Assembly (NCBI GenBank): GCA_007119075.1
Contig: SKQJ01000114.1
Span: forward strand, 1-33,990
DNA: 33,990 nucleotides
Direction of reading: 5' to 3'
Source of the DNA: Bacteroidales bacterium
GTDB lineage: Bacteria > Bacteroidota > Bacteroidia > Bacteroidales > PUMT01
The notes beneath the pieces are model-generated. The model was not told where the DNA came from. It was given only the letters and a program-made list of their open reading frames with translations, and did no database searches. Below are positions 18,909 through 29,588 of the stretch, one piece after another (the stretch's first letter is position 1; every line of letters starts with the position of its first letter). A program made the position numbers and the translations under genes.

Positions 18909-18936
18909 ATTTCTCCTGTAATAAAAGAAGCCAAAA
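18909..18936 (-). repeat. Inverted copy of the 28-mer at 4994-5021 (ATTTCTCCTGTAATAAAAGAAGCCAAAA on the plus strand here).
   Basis: Perfect 28/28 reverse-complement identity, checked base by base. Confidence 0.9.
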
Positions 18937-18987
18937 CTTGAGCACCCTCTCCGGTAATTCCTCCCGCCGGTGAAAAACCGTGGTTTG

Positions 18988-21144
18988 CTATTCCTCTTCC
19001 TGCTCCTCTTCGTAGGCCTTGAGCAGTTTTTCCTGCAGATCGCCGGGTACGGCTTCGTATTTTGAGAAATTCATGGTATAGGTAGCCCTGCCGTTGGTGA
19101 GCGAGCTTAACGCGGTCGAGTATTTCGCCATTTCGGCAAGCGGGACCCTGGCCTTTATTTTCTCAAAGCCTTTTTCGCTGGTCATTCCTTCAATCATCGC
19201 ACGCCGTCCCTGGAGGTCGCTCATAACATCGCCCATTCTTTCGGAAGGCACCATTACTTCTACATTGTAAATGGGCTCGAGTATCCGGGGCCCGGCATTC
19301 TTGAATGCTTCCCTGAAGGCATTCCTTCCGGCCAGCTTGAAAGAGATCTCGTTTGAGTCGACCGGGTGCATCTTGCCGTCATATACTGAAACCCTGATAT
19401 CGCGGGCATAGGATCCGGTAAGCGGCCCCTCCTCCATCTTTTCCATAATGCCCTTAAGTATTGCGGGCATGAACCTGTTATCGATCGAGCCTCCTACGAT
19501 ACAGTTGTAATAAATCAGCATTCCGCCCCAGGGCAGCTTATGCTCTTCCTTCCCGCGCACGGTTACATTTATTTCCTTTCCGTTTACCTTGTATTTGACG
19601 GGATCGGGAATATTTTCCGCATATGGCTCTATCACCATGTGCACTTCCCCGAACTGGCCGGCGCCGCCCGACTGCTTTTTGTGGCGGTAAGTAGACTGGG
19701 CCGTTTTTGTGATAGTCTCGCGATAGGGGATTTTCGGGGTAATGAATTCGGTCTCTATTTTAAAGATGTTGTCAAGATGCCATTTCAGGATATTAAGGTG
19801 ATACTCTCCCTGGCCGTGAACAATGATCTGTTTGAGTTCTTTCGAGTATTCGATCACAATGGTGGGATCTTCCTCATGCATCCTGGCAAGTGCCTCGCCG
19901 AGCTTTTCATCGTCCGATTCGCTTTTTGCCTTGATAGCAGTGCGGTATTTTGGTTCGGGGTATACTATCGGTTCAAACTCAACAGAATTGCCCGGAGCGC
20001 CAAGGGTATGGTTTGCTTTGGTGTTCTTGAGCTTGACGGTAGCTCCAATGTCACCGGCAGAAAGCTTTGCCGCCTTGTGGCGCGTTTTGCCCGCCACAAC
20101 CAGCAATTGCGAAAACCTTTCCTTTGCGGAAGAAGAGCTGTTGACCAGGTCCATTCCCTCGGTAATCTCTCCCGACATCACTCTGAAAAAATTAATCTCG
20201 CCGATATGCTGCTCCATGCTTGTTTTAAAAACAAACACCGACACGGGGGCTTTGGAGTCGCATTTGATCTCTTTTCCGTCGGTGGTCATGGCAGGAGCAG
20301 TTTCATGAGGCCCGGGAGCGGCTTCGGAGATGAATTCCAGTATCCTGTCCACTCCCATGTTCTTCTTTGCAGAGGCACACAGTACCGGGAAGGTGTTTCT
20401 TGATTTCACTCCTGTTCTTATGCCCTTTAATATTTCTTCCTGGTCGAGGGTGCCCTTGTCGAAAAAAATTTCCATCAGGCTTTCGTCGTTTTCTGCAGCA
20501 GCCTCTATCAGCTCGTTTCTCAATTCTTCGGCCCTGTCTGCCTGGTCGGCCGGTATATCGGAAACCTGTGCCTTGCCTCCATCACCCGTATACTTGTACA
20601 TTTTCATTTTGACCAGATCAATGATGGAGTCGAATCCTTCGCCCGTGGCAACGGGATACTGAACGATTACGGCCTTGCTGCCGTAGCTTTGCTTAAGGGA
20701 CTCAATCACTTTTTCAAAATTTGTCTTGTCGTGATCAAGCTGGTTGACAACGAGCATAACGGGTTTGCCGTGTGATTCAAGGTGCCTTCCCTGGATTTCG
20801 GTGCCTATCTCCACCCCGTTCTGGCCGTTGATAACCACAATGGCAGAATCGGCAGGGCGAAGCGCCATAACCAGTCCCCCGCTGAAATCATCCAGTCCCG
20901 GGGTGTCGATAACATTAATTTTATAATCTGCCCATTCGGCATAGGTTACCGTGGAAAATACCGAGTTTTCATTTTCATGTTCGATCTCATTATAGTCGGA
21001 AACTGTATTTTTATTTTCAATCGCCCCCCTTCTGTCTATAACCTTGCCCTCGAAAAGCATTGCCTCCACCAGGGTGGTTTTGCCTGATTTGGGATTTCCG
21101 CAAACCAATGTGTTTTTAATCTGGTCCGTCTGGTAAGTTTTCAT
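18988..21144 (-). CDS. Elongation factor G paralog (EF-G2-like) with degenerate GTPase motifs.
   Basis: Five-domain EF-G architecture, 718 aa. G1 is GNPKSGKTT, G3 is DTPGLDDF (His replaced by Leu84, codon 20893-20895) and G4 is NQLD. Confidence 0.88.
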   Translation of the reverse strand: MKTYQTDQIKNTLVCGNPKSGKTTLVEAMLFEGKVIDRRGAIENKNTVSDYNEIEHENENSVFSTVTYAEWADYKINVIDTPGLDDFSGGLVMALRPADSAIVVINGQNGVEIGTEIQGRHLESHGKPVMLVVNQLDHDKTNFEKVIESLKQSYGSKAVIVQYPVATGEGFDSIIDLVKMKMYKYTGDGGKAQVSDIPADQADRAEELRNELIEAAAENDESLMEIFFDKGTLDQEEILKGIRTGVKSRNTFPVLCASAKKNMGVDRILEFISEAAPGPHETAPAMTTDGKEIKCDSKAPVSVFVFKTSMEQHIGEINFFRVMSGEITEGMDLVNSSSSAKERFSQLLVVAGKTRHKAAKLSAGDIGATVKLKNTKANHTLGAPGNSVEFEPIVYPEPKYRTAIKAKSESDDEKLGEALARMHEEDPTIVIEYSKELKQIIVHGQGEYHLNILKWHLDNIFKIETEFITPKIPYRETITKTAQSTYRHKKQSGGAGQFGEVHMVIEPYAENIPDPVKYKVNGKEINVTVRGKEEHKLPWGGMLIYYNCIVGGSIDNRFMPAILKGIMEKMEEGPLTGSYARDIRVSVYDGKMHPVDSNEISFKLAGRNAFREAFKNAGPRILEPIYNVEVMVPSERMGDVMSDLQGRRAMIEGMTSEKGFEKIKARVPLAEMAKYSTALSSLTNGRATYTMNFSKYEAVPGDLQEKLLKAYEEEQEEE

Positions 21145-21214
21145 TTTGTTCCTTTTGTATTATTATTTATAAGCCTGATCTGATGATGGATTGACTTGTT
21201 TTTCAAATTGGGCT

Positions 21215-21222
21215 CAAAAGTA
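21215..21222 (-). promoter_or_regulatory. Candidate -7 box TACTTTTG for the EF-G paralog.
   Basis: Exact TAnnTTTG on the minus strand with ATTG 19 nt upstream, about 70 nt from the ATG. Confidence 0.4.
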
Positions 21223-21763
21223 ATAATTTTTACTCAGGATTCAATGAAACGCCTCCGACATTATCAATATTCCTGCATAGTGCAGATGTTTTTTGTGTTA
21301 TTTGCAAGTTGCACAGGACCAGCCGGGTATCTGTAAACCAGTTCGGACTTGCCGGTGCTATTTGAATTTTGGAACAGTTTTTTTTTATGCAACTATTGGC
21401 CGGATATACTTTTTTGTTAATTTTGCAACTTTTCATGCAAGCCGTTACCTGTAACGGGCAATCCTTTTGTCACCAATGGTTTCCATTAACGATACAAGGT
21501 TCCCGGCTGTTCGGGAGCAGATCAGTTTCCGGTTACTCCCCGCTGTATAATCATTACCGGATAATCAGGCTATATAATAAATATTATACCGGAGCATGAC
21601 AGCCGGGAGAACGGTCTCCTTATCCAGGGCATGATCAAATTTTTTCCTCAAAGGCTGCATGGATTTAGACCGGTCCGGTAAGACGGGCTTTAATGCCTGC
21701 CTTTGAAGGCGATCGGGCAGGGAAATTATTGATTAAATTTTATTGTTTTTGGAAAAAAAAGTA

Positions 21764-21771
21764 TACCTTTG
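21764..21771 (+). promoter_or_regulatory. Candidate -7 box TACCTTTG for the rpsL-led ribosomal operon.
   Basis: Exact TAnnTTTG with ATTG 18 nt upstream, about 45 nt before the rpsL ATG. Confidence 0.5.
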
Positions 21772-21815
21772 CACACCCAATTAATAAAATGCCAAGTAAC
21801 TAATTGAAACTCTTT

Positions 21816-22196
21816 ATGCCTACAATTCAGCAGTTAGTAAAAAAGGGAAGAACAAAACTTATTGAGAAGAAAAAGGCTCCCGCCCTGGATGCCTGTCCCC
21901 AGAGAAGGGGTGTTTGCGTTCGCGTATACACAACAACTCCCAAGAAGCCTAATTCTGCCATGCGAAAAGTGGCAAGGGTGCGGCTGACAAACGGTAAGGA
22001 GGTAAACTCCTATATTCCCGGCGAAGGACACAACCTGCAGGAGCACTCGATTGTTCTTATAAGAGGCGGAAGGGTGAAGGATCTTCCGGGCGTAAGGTAT
22101 CACCTTATCAGGGGAGCACTTGATACGTCAGGTGTTGAAGGGCGCACCCAGAGGCGGTCGAAATACGGGACAAAAAGACCAAAAGTCAAAAAATAA
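21816..22196 (+). CDS. rpsL: 30S ribosomal protein S12.
   Basis: [12 protein letters not shown]...[16 protein letters not shown]. The start was set at the ATG at 21816 rather than the upstream TTG in the ORF track. Confidence 0.97.
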   Translation: MPTIQQLVKKGRTKLIEKKKAPALDACPQRRGVCVRVYTTTPKKPNSAMRKVARVRLTNGKEVNSYIPGEGHNLQEHSIVLIRGGRVKDLPGVRYHLIRGALDTSGVEGRTQRRSKYGTKRPKVKK

Positions 22197-22228
22197 GTCA
22201 AACACAGCAGAATCATACATACAATTAG

Positions 22229-22705
22229 ATGAGAAAGTCGAAGCCAAAAAAAAGAATTTTGCTGCCGGATCCTAAATACACCGATATTGAGGTAACCCGG
22301 TTCGTCAACAATATGATGTATCAGGGCAAAAAAAGCCTTGCCTTCAATATTTTTTACGATGCCCTGAGCATTGTTGAGGAAAAGACAAAGGATACCGGCA
22401 AAACGCCATTGGAAATATGGAAGAAGGCGCTTGAAAATATCACTCCCATGGTGGAAGTGAAAAGCCGCCGTGTCGGAGGCGCAACTTTTCAGGTCCCCCA
22501 GGAAGTAAGGCCGGAAAGAAAAGTCTCACTAAGCATGAAAAACCTGATCCTCTTTTCCCGCAAGCGGGCAGGCAAATCGATGGCCGAAAAACTTGCTGCC
22601 GAAATAGTTGCCGCCTATAAGGAGGAAGGAGCCGCATTCAAGAGGAAAGAAGATATGCACCGGATGGCCGAAGCAAACAAAGCCTTCGCCCATTTCAGGT
22701 TTTAA
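22229..22705 (+). CDS. rpsG: 30S ribosomal protein S7.
   Basis: Typical S7 sequence and position after rpsL. Confidence 0.97.
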   Translation: MRKSKPKKRILLPDPKYTDIEVTRFVNNMMYQGKKSLAFNIFYDALSIVEEKTKDTGKTPLEIWKKALENITPMVEVKSRRVGGATFQVPQEVRPERKVSLSMKNLILFSRKRAGKSMAEKLAAEIVAAYKEEGAAFKRKEDMHRMAEANKAFAHFRF

Positions 22706-22754
22706 TATATAATATTATATAAACAATAGCCAGGAAGAGGGACGGACAATTCAG

Positions 22755-24860
22755 ATGAGCAAGAGTCTAAAATACACGCGGAATATTGGTATCATGGCGC
22801 ATATTGATGCCGGCAAGACCACTACCACCGAGAGAATACTGTTCTATACCGGGATCACTCACCGTATGGGCGAGGTGCATGACGGCGCTGCGACGATGGA
22901 CTGGATGGTCCAGGAGCAGGAGAGGGGGATTACCATTACTTCGGCTGCAACAACCGCTTTCTGGAAATTCAGGGATGAGGAATTTAAAATAAACATAATC
23001 GATACTCCGGGCCATGTCGATTTTACCGTTGAGGTTGAGCGCTCTCTCCGGGTGCTTGATGGCGCCGTTGCCGTGTTTTGTGCAGTAGGCGGCGTTGAGC
23101 CTCAGTCAGAAACGGTCTGGAGACAGGCTGACAAATATAAAGTGCCCCGACTTGGTTTTATCAATAAAATGGATCGTTCCGGCGCCGATTTTCTTTCAGT
23201 TGTTTCACAGATGCATGAAAAGCTCGGGGCCAACCCCGTGCCCCTTCAGATTCCCATCGGAAGCGAGGAAAATTTCAGGGGTGTAGTAGATCTGATTGAA
23301 ATGAAGGCTGTCGTATGGAATGAAGAGCAGTTCGGCGTTACCTATGAAATTCAGGAAGTGCCCGATGAAATCGCCGAGGAGGCAATGGAGTGGAGAATGC
23401 GCCTGATCGAGTCGGTTGCCGATGCAGATGATACAGTGCTGGAGAAATATCTTGATGACCCCGGATCAATAACCAATGAGCAGCTTATGGGTGCCATCAG
23501 GAAAGCCACGATCGGTTTAAAGGTTGTCCCTGTCTTATGCGGAGCGGCATTCAAGAACAAGGGAATCCAGCGCCTGCTCGATGCCGTCGTTTCATTTTTG
23601 CCTTCGCCCCTCGATATTGAGGCCGTAAAGGGCATCAATCCCCGAAATGATGAGGTTTCCGAAAGGAAACCGGATGCATCCGAACCGATGGCCTCGCTTG
23701 CGTTCAAGATTGCGACCGATCCGTATGTCGGGCGTCTTGCATTTCTGCGGGTATACAGTGGAAGGATCGAGGCCGGTAAGCAGGTCCTTAATGTGCGTAC
23801 CGGGAAAAAGGAAAGAATTACCCGTCTTTACCAGATGCATGCCAACAAACAGATACCCAAGGATTTCATTGAGGCGGGCGACATCATTGCAGCGGTCGGG
23901 TTCAAGGATCTTCGAACAGGGGACACACTGTGCGATGAAAAAAAGCCCTTGATCCTCGAGTCGATTACCTTCCCCGAGCCCGTAATCGGTGTGGCCATAG
24001 AGCCAAAAACACAAAATGATATTGACAGGCTTGGGATGGCCTTGAACAAGCTTTCCGAGGAAGATCCAACCTTCAAGGTAAAGTATGATGAAAATTCGGG
24101 CCAGACCATAATCAACGGCATGGGTGAACTTCACCTTGAGATCCTGGTTGACAGACTGAAAAGGGAGTTCAAGGTTGAATGCAACCAGGGCGCACCCCAG
24201 GTAGCTTACAAGGAAGCAATCACAGGGACAATCGAACACCGTGAAGTATTTAAGAAGCAAACCGGCGGCCGGGGCAAGTTTGCCGATATCAGTGTCAGGA
24301 TTTCGCCGGCCGACGAAGGAGTTTCGGGCCTTCAGTTCATCGACGAGGTAAAGGGAGGCAACATTCCGAAAGAGTATATACCTTCTGTCCAGAAAGGTTT
24401 CACCAATGCTATGCAGAATGGGGTGCTTGCCGGATTCCCTGTCGAAAATCTCAAGGTTGTGCTGATCGACGGCTCCTTCCACAGTGTCGATTCCGACAGC
24501 CTGTCGTTCGAGATCGCCGCAAAACAGGCATTCAGGCATGCATTGCCCAAAACAAAGCCGGTGCTTCTTGAACCCATCATGAAAGTTGAGGTGGTGACTC
24601 CCGAGGAATACATGGGAGATGTCATTGCCGATTTTAACCGGCGCCGTGGCCATATAGAAAAAATGGAAGGGAAAGCCGGCGCCAGGATCATCCGGGCAAA
24701 AGTGCCTTTGGCTGAACAGTTTGGTTATGTAACCGTACTGCGCACCCTTACATCCGGAAGAGCTACCTCAACAATGGAGTTTTCTCATTACGAAAGGATA
24801 AGCGACGATATAACCAAAAGGATACTTGAACATGCTTCAGGCCAACGAGAATCAGCATAA
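22755..24860 (+). CDS. fusA: Elongation factor G (canonical).
   Basis: [22 protein letters not shown] and NKMD are all intact. It sits in the str operon position. Confidence 0.98.
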   Translation: MSKSLKYTRNIGIMAHIDAGKTTTTERILFYTGITHRMGEVHDGAATMDWMVQEQERGITITSAATTAFWKFRDEEFKINIIDTPGHVDFTVEVERSLRVLDGAVAVFCAVGGVEPQSETVWRQADKYKVPRLGFINKMDRSGADFLSVVSQMHEKLGANPVPLQIPIGSEENFRGVVDLIEMKAVVWNEEQFGVTYEIQEVPDEIAEEAMEWRMRLIESVADADDTVLEKYLDDPGSITNEQLMGAIRKATIGLKVVPVLCGAAFKNKGIQRLLDAVVSFLPSPLDIEAVKGINPRNDEVSERKPDASEPMASLAFKIATDPYVGRLAFLRVYSGRIEAGKQVLNVRTGKKERITRLYQMHANKQIPKDFIEAGDIIAAVGFKDLRTGDTLCDEKKPLILESITFPEPVIGVAIEPKTQNDIDRLGMALNKLSEEDPTFKVKYDENSGQTIINGMGELHLEILVDRLKREFKVECNQGAPQVAYKEAITGTIEHREVFKKQTGGRGKFADISVRISPADEGVSGLQFIDEVKGGNIPKEYIPSVQKGFTNAMQNGVLAGFPVENLKVVLIDGSFHSVDSDSLSFEIAAKQAFRHALPKTKPVLLEPIMKVEVVTPEEYMGDVIADFNRRRGHIEKMEGKAGARIIRAKVPLAEQFGYVTVLRTLTSGRATSTMEFSHYERISDDITKRILEHASGQRESA

Positions 24861-24874
24861 AATACTAAAATACG

Positions 24875-25180
24875 ATGAGTCAGAAAATAAGGATCAAATT
24901 AAAATCATACGATCATAACCTGGTAGATAAATCGACCGAAAAGATCGTCAAAACCGTAAAGTCGACCGGTGCTGTAGTTAGCGGGCCGATTCCCCTGCCC
25001 ACCCACAAAAGGATATTCACGGTGTTGCGGTCTCCTTTTGTCAACAAAAAAGCAAGGGAGCAGTTTGAGCTCAGCTCCTATAAGAGGCTGCTTGATATAT
25101 ACAGTTCAACTCCAAAAACAATAGATGCGCTGATGAAGCTGGAGTTGCCAAGCGGAGTTGAAGTTGAAATCAAAGTGTAA
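24875..25180 (+). CDS. rpsJ: 30S ribosomal protein S10.
   Basis: Sequence and gene order. Confidence 0.97.
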   Translation: MSQKIRIKLKSYDHNLVDKSTEKIVKTVKSTGAVVSGPIPLPTHKRIFTVLRSPFVNKKAREQFELSSYKRLLDIYSSTPKTIDALMKLELPSGVEVEIKV

Positions 25181-25203
25181 CTTTTTGTTTAAATCGAATA
25201 GTA

Positions 25204-25821
25204 ATGTCCGGAATAATTGGAAAAAAAATTGGAATGACCTCGGTCTTCGATGATGAAGGGAAACACATCCCATGTACTGTCATTGAGGCAGGGCCATGCG
25301 TGGTTACCCAGGTAAAGACTCTGGAAAAAGACGGGTATTCGGCGGTGCAGCTTGCTTTTGACGACATGAAGGAAAAATCATCCAACAAGCCCCTTCTTGG
25401 CCATTTCAAAAAGGCTAAAACCGCCCCCAAAAGAAAACTTGCTGAATTTCATGATTTCAGGCAGGAAGTCAAGCTTGGTGATACTGTAACAGTTGAGATG
25501 CTGAAGGATGATATCTGGCTTGACATAACCGGGGTGTCAAAAGGAAAAGGGTTTCAGGGCGTCGTGAAAAGACATGGGTTTTCCGGTGTTGGCCAGACCA
25601 GCCACGGACAGCATAACCGCGTACGCGCTCCCGGATCGATCGGCAGTTCATCCTACCCGTCACGTGTTTTCAAAGGTATGAGGATGGCCGGCAGAATGGG
25701 AGGAACGAACGTTATGATGATTTCCTTGCGGGTAGTAAAGCTGATCCCTGAAAGCAATCTTTTGCTTGTAGAGGGCTCCGTACCGGGCGCTAAAGGTTCA
25801 TATTTAATAATTCAGCAATAA
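25204..25821 (+). CDS. rplC: 50S ribosomal protein L3.
   Basis: Sequence and gene order. Confidence 0.97.
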   Translation: MSGIIGKKIGMTSVFDDEGKHIPCTVIEAGPCVVTQVKTLEKDGYSAVQLAFDDMKEKSSNKPLLGHFKKAKTAPKRKLAEFHDFRQEVKLGDTVTVEMLKDDIWLDITGVSKGKGFQGVVKRHGFSGVGQTSHGQHNRVRAPGSIGSSSYPSRVFKGMRMAGRMGGTNVMMISLRVVKLIPESNLLLVEGSVPGAKGSYLIIQQ

Positions 25822-26450
25822 TGGAACTAGCAGTTTATAATATCAAAGGAGAGGAAACCGGCAAGAGCGTCAGCCTTAACGAAGGCATTTTCGGAATTGA
25901 TCCGAACGATCATGCCATATACCTGGATGTGAAACAATACCTTGCGAATCTGCGCCAGGGCACCCATAAGACGAAAGAACGTTCCGAGGTTGCCGGAAGC
26001 ACCAGAAAGATCAAAAGGCAGAAAGGAACGGGTACCGCCCGTGCCGGCGATATAAAGAACCCCATTTTCAGGGGAGGCGGACGAATTTTTGGTCCCAGGC
26101 CGCGCGATTACAGCCTGAAGCTCAATAAAAAGCTGAAGAAGCTTGCCAGGAAATCTGCATTGGCCTACAAGGCTAAAAATGACGGGATAAGGGTTATTGA
26201 GGATTTCGACCTGGCATTGCCCAGAACCGGTGAATTTATCGCTATTCTTAATAATCTGAAGATAGGAGAGAAAAAGTCGCTCGTGGTGCTGACCGAACAA
26301 AATAAAAACATATATTTGTCTTCCCGAAATTTCCAGGGCGCAAAAGTTGTAACAGCCTCTGAAATAACCACATACGATATCATGAACGCTTCTGTTCTGC
26401 TGCTTTTTGAAAGCTCTGTCGATGTTTTGGATAGTATGTTAAGCAATTAG
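25821..26450 (+). CDS. rplD: 50S ribosomal protein L4.
   Basis: Sequence and gene order. TAATG stop/start overlap with rplC. Confidence 0.97.
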   Translation: MELAVYNIKGEETGKSVSLNEGIFGIDPNDHAIYLDVKQYLANLRQGTHKTKERSEVAGSTRKIKRQKGTGTARAGDIKNPIFRGGGRIFGPRPRDYSLKLNKKLKKLARKSALAYKAKNDGIRVIEDFDLALPRTGEFIAILNNLKIGEKKSLVVLTEQNKNIYLSSRNFQGAKVVTASEITTYDIMNASVLLLFESSVDVLDSMLSN

Positions 26451-26464
26451 AAATTATTAATGAC

Positions 26465-26755
26465 ATGGAAATTCTTAAAAAACCTGTTATAACCGAAAAG
26501 ATGACCCTGCAGGGAGAAAAGCTCAACCGATACGGGTTTATAGTTGACAAGCAGGCAAATAAATTACAGATCAGGAAAGCCGTAGAGGAAATGTATGATG
26601 TGACCGTTGTTGCGGTCAACACTATAGTATACGGAGGGAAAGCCAAATCAAGATATACAAAAACCGGAATTATACACGGAAAAACAAGCTCTTTCAAAAA
26701 AGCAATCATTACCGTGGCTGAGGGAGATACCATTGATTTCTACAGCAATGTATAG
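26465..26755 (+). CDS. rplW: 50S ribosomal protein L23.
   Basis: Sequence and gene order. Confidence 0.96.
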   Translation: MEILKKPVITEKMTLQGEKLNRYGFIVDKQANKLQIRKAVEEMYDVTVVAVNTIVYGGKAKSRYTKTGIIHGKTSSFKKAIITVAEGDTIDFYSNV

Positions 26756-26810
26756 CCGGTGGCCCCGGATACCGATAGAACAAACAGTTTAATATATCAG
26801 GTTACTCAAA

Positions 26811-27635
26811 ATGGCAGTCAAAAAATTAAACCCGGTCACCCCGGGCCAGCGACATAAGATAAAGTCTACTTTTGAAGCGATTACCGCCGAAAAGCCGGAA
26901 AAGTCACTTCTTGCCCCGATGAAAAAGTCGGGCGGCCGGAATAATACCGGTAAAATGACAATGCGATATATGGGCGGAGGCCATAAGCGCCGTTACAGGG
27001 TCATTGATTTCAAGAGAAACAAGGACGGGGTTCCCGCAGTTGTGAAGACAATCGAATACGACCCGAACCGTACGGCATATATAGCCCTTGTGGTTTATGC
27101 CGACGGGGAAAAAAGATACATCATCGCTCCTTCAGGGCTTAAACCAGGGCAGACAGTCACCTCCGGAAAGGAAGTGGCGCCGGAAATCGGAAACACACTT
27201 TTTCTTTCCGATATCCCGCTGGGGACCGTGATCCATAATATTGAGCTTAAACCCGGTCAGGGTGCCGCTCTGGCCAGAAGTGCCGGTTCCTATGCCCAGC
27301 TGACCTCCAGGGAGGGAAAATACGGAATCATCAAGCTGCCTTCGGGAGAAATGAGGATGATTTTGGTTAGCTGCCGGGCTACAATCGGAAGTGTTTCAAA
27401 CGCCGATAATGCCCTGGAACGATCGGGCAAGGCCGGCAGAAGCCGCTGGCTGGGACGCAGGCCCAGGGTGAGGGGTGTCGCAATGAACCCCGTAGACCAT
27501 CCCATGGGGGGTGGCGAAGGACGGGCCTCCGGCGGACACCCCCGCTCAAGAAAGGGTGTTTTTGCCAAGGGCTACAAAACCCGTGCAAAGAAAAAAGCTT
27601 CGAGCAGATATATAGTTGAGAAAAGAAAAAAATAA
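26811..27635 (+). CDS. rplB: 50S ribosomal protein L2.
   Basis: Sequence ([21 protein letters not shown]) and gene order. Confidence 0.98.
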   Translation: MAVKKLNPVTPGQRHKIKSTFEAITAEKPEKSLLAPMKKSGGRNNTGKMTMRYMGGGHKRRYRVIDFKRNKDGVPAVVKTIEYDPNRTAYIALVVYADGEKRYIIAPSGLKPGQTVTSGKEVAPEIGNTLFLSDIPLGTVIHNIELKPGQGAALARSAGSYAQLTSREGKYGIIKLPSGEMRMILVSCRATIGSVSNADNALERSGKAGRSRWLGRRPRVRGVAMNPVDHPMGGGEGRASGGHPRSRKGVFAKGYKTRAKKKASSRYIVEKRKK

Positions 27636-27655
27636 ATCAGTAAAGACATTGTGTT

Positions 27656-27922
27656 ATGAGCCGCTCACTGAAAAAAGGCCCCTTTATAGACTTTAAACTT
27701 GAAAAACGGGTTTCGGACATGAACCGTTCCGGCAAGAAAACAGTTATCAAGACATGGTCACGCCGTTCAATGATATCACCTGATTTTGTCGGGCACACCG
27801 TAGCAGTCCACAACGGGAACAAATTCATTCCCGTATATATTACCGAAAACATGGTCGGCCACAAGTTTGGCGAATTTTCACCCACAAGGATGTTCAGGGG
27901 CCATGGAGGGAAAAAGAAATAG
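27656..27922 (+). CDS. rpsS: 30S ribosomal protein S19.
   Basis: Sequence and gene order. Confidence 0.97.
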   Translation: MSRSLKKGPFIDFKLEKRVSDMNRSGKKTVIKTWSRRSMISPDFVGHTVAVHNGNKFIPVYITENMVGHKFGEFSPTRMFRGHGGKKK

Positions 27923-27959
27923 AACAGACGACCGAAAAGATTTTTAATACATTTTAATA

Positions 27960-28376
27960 ATGGGATCCAGAAAACAACAACGAGCTCAAAAGATAAAAGA
28001 GGAAAAAAAGAACAAGGCATTTGCCGTGTTGCGCAATTGCCCTACCTCTCCGCGCAAAATGCGGCTGGTTGCAGATTTGGTAAGGGGCGAAGAGGTAAAC
28101 AAAGCCCTCGACACTTTAAAGTTCAGCTCAAAAGAGGCATCGCGCAAAGTTGAGAAGCTACTGCTTTCTGCCATTTCAAACTGGCAGGTCAAGAACGAGG
28201 GAGTTCGCATCGAAGACAGTCATCTGATTGTAAAGGAGATTTTTGTCGATCAGGCAAGGACCCTGAAAAGGCTGAGGCCTGCTCCGCAGGGAAGGGCTCA
28301 CCGTATCAGGAAGCGCTCAAATCATGTGACCCTGGTACTGGACAAAGTTGAACCGGCAGAAATCAATATTAAATAA
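27960..28376 (+). CDS. rplV: 50S ribosomal protein L22.
   Basis: Sequence and gene order. Confidence 0.96.
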   Translation: MGSRKQQRAQKIKEEKKNKAFAVLRNCPTSPRKMRLVADLVRGEEVNKALDTLKFSSKEASRKVEKLLLSAISNWQVKNEGVRIEDSHLIVKEIFVDQARTLKRLRPAPQGRAHRIRKRSNHVTLVLDKVEPAEINIK

Positions 28377-28382
28377 AAGTAA

Positions 28383-29099
28383 ATGGGACAGAAAGTTAAT
28401 CCGATAAGCAACAGGCTTGGCATTATCAGGGGATGGGATTCCAACTGGTATGGCGGGAACGATTATTCCGGCAAACTGATAGAAGACCAGCAAATACGAG
28501 ATTATTTGAGTGCAAGGCTTGCCAAGGCCAGCATTTCAAAGATCATAATTGAAAGGACGCTTAAACTTATTACGGTCACCGTAAACACTGCCAGGCCCGG
28601 TATCATAATAGGCAAGGGCGGACAGGAAGTTGACAAGCTTAAGGAAGAGCTGAAGAAAATCACCCAGAAGGATGTTCAGATCAATATTTTTGAAGTAAAG
28701 AGACCTGAGCTGGATGCTACCATTGTCGCCCATAACCTGGCAAGGCAGATTGAAGGAAAGATTTCCTACAGGCGTGCCATCAAAATGGCTATTGCCTCGA
28801 CAATGCGAATGGGAGCTGAGGGAATCAAGGTACAGATCAGCGGAAGGCTCGGCGGCGCCGAAATGGCCCGATCGGAAATGTACAAGGAAGGACGCACCCC
28901 GCTTCACACACTCAGGGCGAATATCGATTATGCGCTTGCCGAGGCATTGACCAAAGTAGGGCTTATAGGCGTTAAGGTATGGATATGCAAAGGGGAGGTA
29001 TACGGCAAAAGGGATCTTTCTCCCAACCTTGAGGCCGGAGCACCCGGACCCGGCGGCGAAAAACCGAAAGAGCGCGGATTCAAAAGGAGAAAAAAATAG
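28383..29099 (+). CDS. rpsC: 30S ribosomal protein S3.
   Basis: [13 protein letters not shown]..., KH domain, and gene order. Confidence 0.97.
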   Translation: MGQKVNPISNRLGIIRGWDSNWYGGNDYSGKLIEDQQIRDYLSARLAKASISKIIIERTLKLITVTVNTARPGIIIGKGGQEVDKLKEELKKITQKDVQINIFEVKRPELDATIVAHNLARQIEGKISYRRAIKMAIASTMRMGAEGIKVQISGRLGGAEMARSEMYKEGRTPLHTLRANIDYALAEALTKVGLIGVKVWICKGEVYGKRDLSPNLEAGAPGPGGEKPKERGFKRRKK

Positions 29100-29132
29100 T
29101 TTAACAAGGGATAAATAAAGATACCAGGTATA

Positions 29133-29552
29133 ATGTTACAGCCAAAAAAGACAAAATACAGGAGGCAGCAAAAAGGCAAAATGAAGGGCAATGCCCAGCG
29201 CGGGAATCAGCTTTCTTTCGGGTCGTTCGGCATAAAGGCCCTCGAGGAATCATGGATCACCGGACGCCAGATTGAGGCTGCAAGACAGGCGGCTACCCGT
29301 CACATGAAAAGGGAAGGACAGATCTGGATAAGGATTTTTCCCGACAAGCCCATCACAAAGAAGCCTGCAGAAGTAAGGATGGGCAAGGGGAAAGGAGCAC
29401 CCGAAGCCTTCGTGGCTCCTGTGAATCCCGGGCGCATCATAATCGAAGCCGAAGGTGTTCCCCTGGAAATTGCCAGGGAGGCAATGAGGCTGGCAGCCCA
29501 GAAATTGCCTATTACCACCAGATTTATTGTAAGGCGCGATTTTGCCGAATAA
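29133..29552 (+). CDS. rplP: 50S ribosomal protein L16.
   Basis: [15 protein letters not shown]... and gene order. Confidence 0.97.
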   Translation: MLQPKKTKYRRQQKGKMKGNAQRGNQLSFGSFGIKALEESWITGRQIEAARQAATRHMKREGQIWIRIFPDKPITKKPAEVRMGKGKGAPEAFVAPVNPGRIIIEAEGVPLEIAREAMRLAAQKLPITTRFIVRRDFAE

Positions 29553-29588
29553 TCAATGTGATAATCAGTTATACAGGAAAATTTAGCT

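Noticed and set aside
4994-18936. The 13.9-kb segment bounded by the 28-bp inverted repeats might be a composite transposon or other mobile element.
   Set aside because: The content is core housekeeping (dnaJ, grpE, murA, uvrD, ABC transporter). There is no transposase, integrase or target-site duplication visible. The repeats are reported only as a repeat or a possible inversion substrate.
18988-21144. The EF-G paralog might be a Tet(M)/Tet(Q)-type ribosomal protection protein.
   Set aside because: Ribosomal protection proteins are about 640-660 aa and retain the DTPGH switch II histidine. This protein is 718 aa, collinear with EF-G, and has Leu at that position. There is no mobile-element context.
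21309-21326. A sigma-54-like element on the minus strand upstream of the EF-G paralog: CGGCTGG-TCCTG-TGCAA, with GG-N10-GC spacing.
   Set aside because: Only the GG/GC dinucleotides and a few flanking bases match TGGCACG-N4-TTGCA. About one match of this quality is expected by chance in a 68-kb two-strand search space.
21230-21599. Two overlapping small ORFs (68 aa on the minus strand, 76 aa on the plus strand) in the EF-G2/rpsL spacer.
   Set aside because: They have no recognisable domains and odd composition, they overlap each other, and they lack convincing start contexts. The region is treated as non-coding, and the spacer itself is reported as a finding.
23592-24653. A 353-aa ORF antisense to fusA. 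Similar long antisense ORFs occur at 19540-20403 (287 aa, in the EF-G paralog), at 16566-17276 and 16235-16759 (in mscS), and at 12514-13080 (in uvrD).
   Set aside because: Each lies entirely within a strongly supported gene on the opposite strand. The translations are low-complexity, rich in Arg/Gly/Cys/Phe, with no recognisable motifs. This is the typical shadow-ORF artefact of codon-biased genes.
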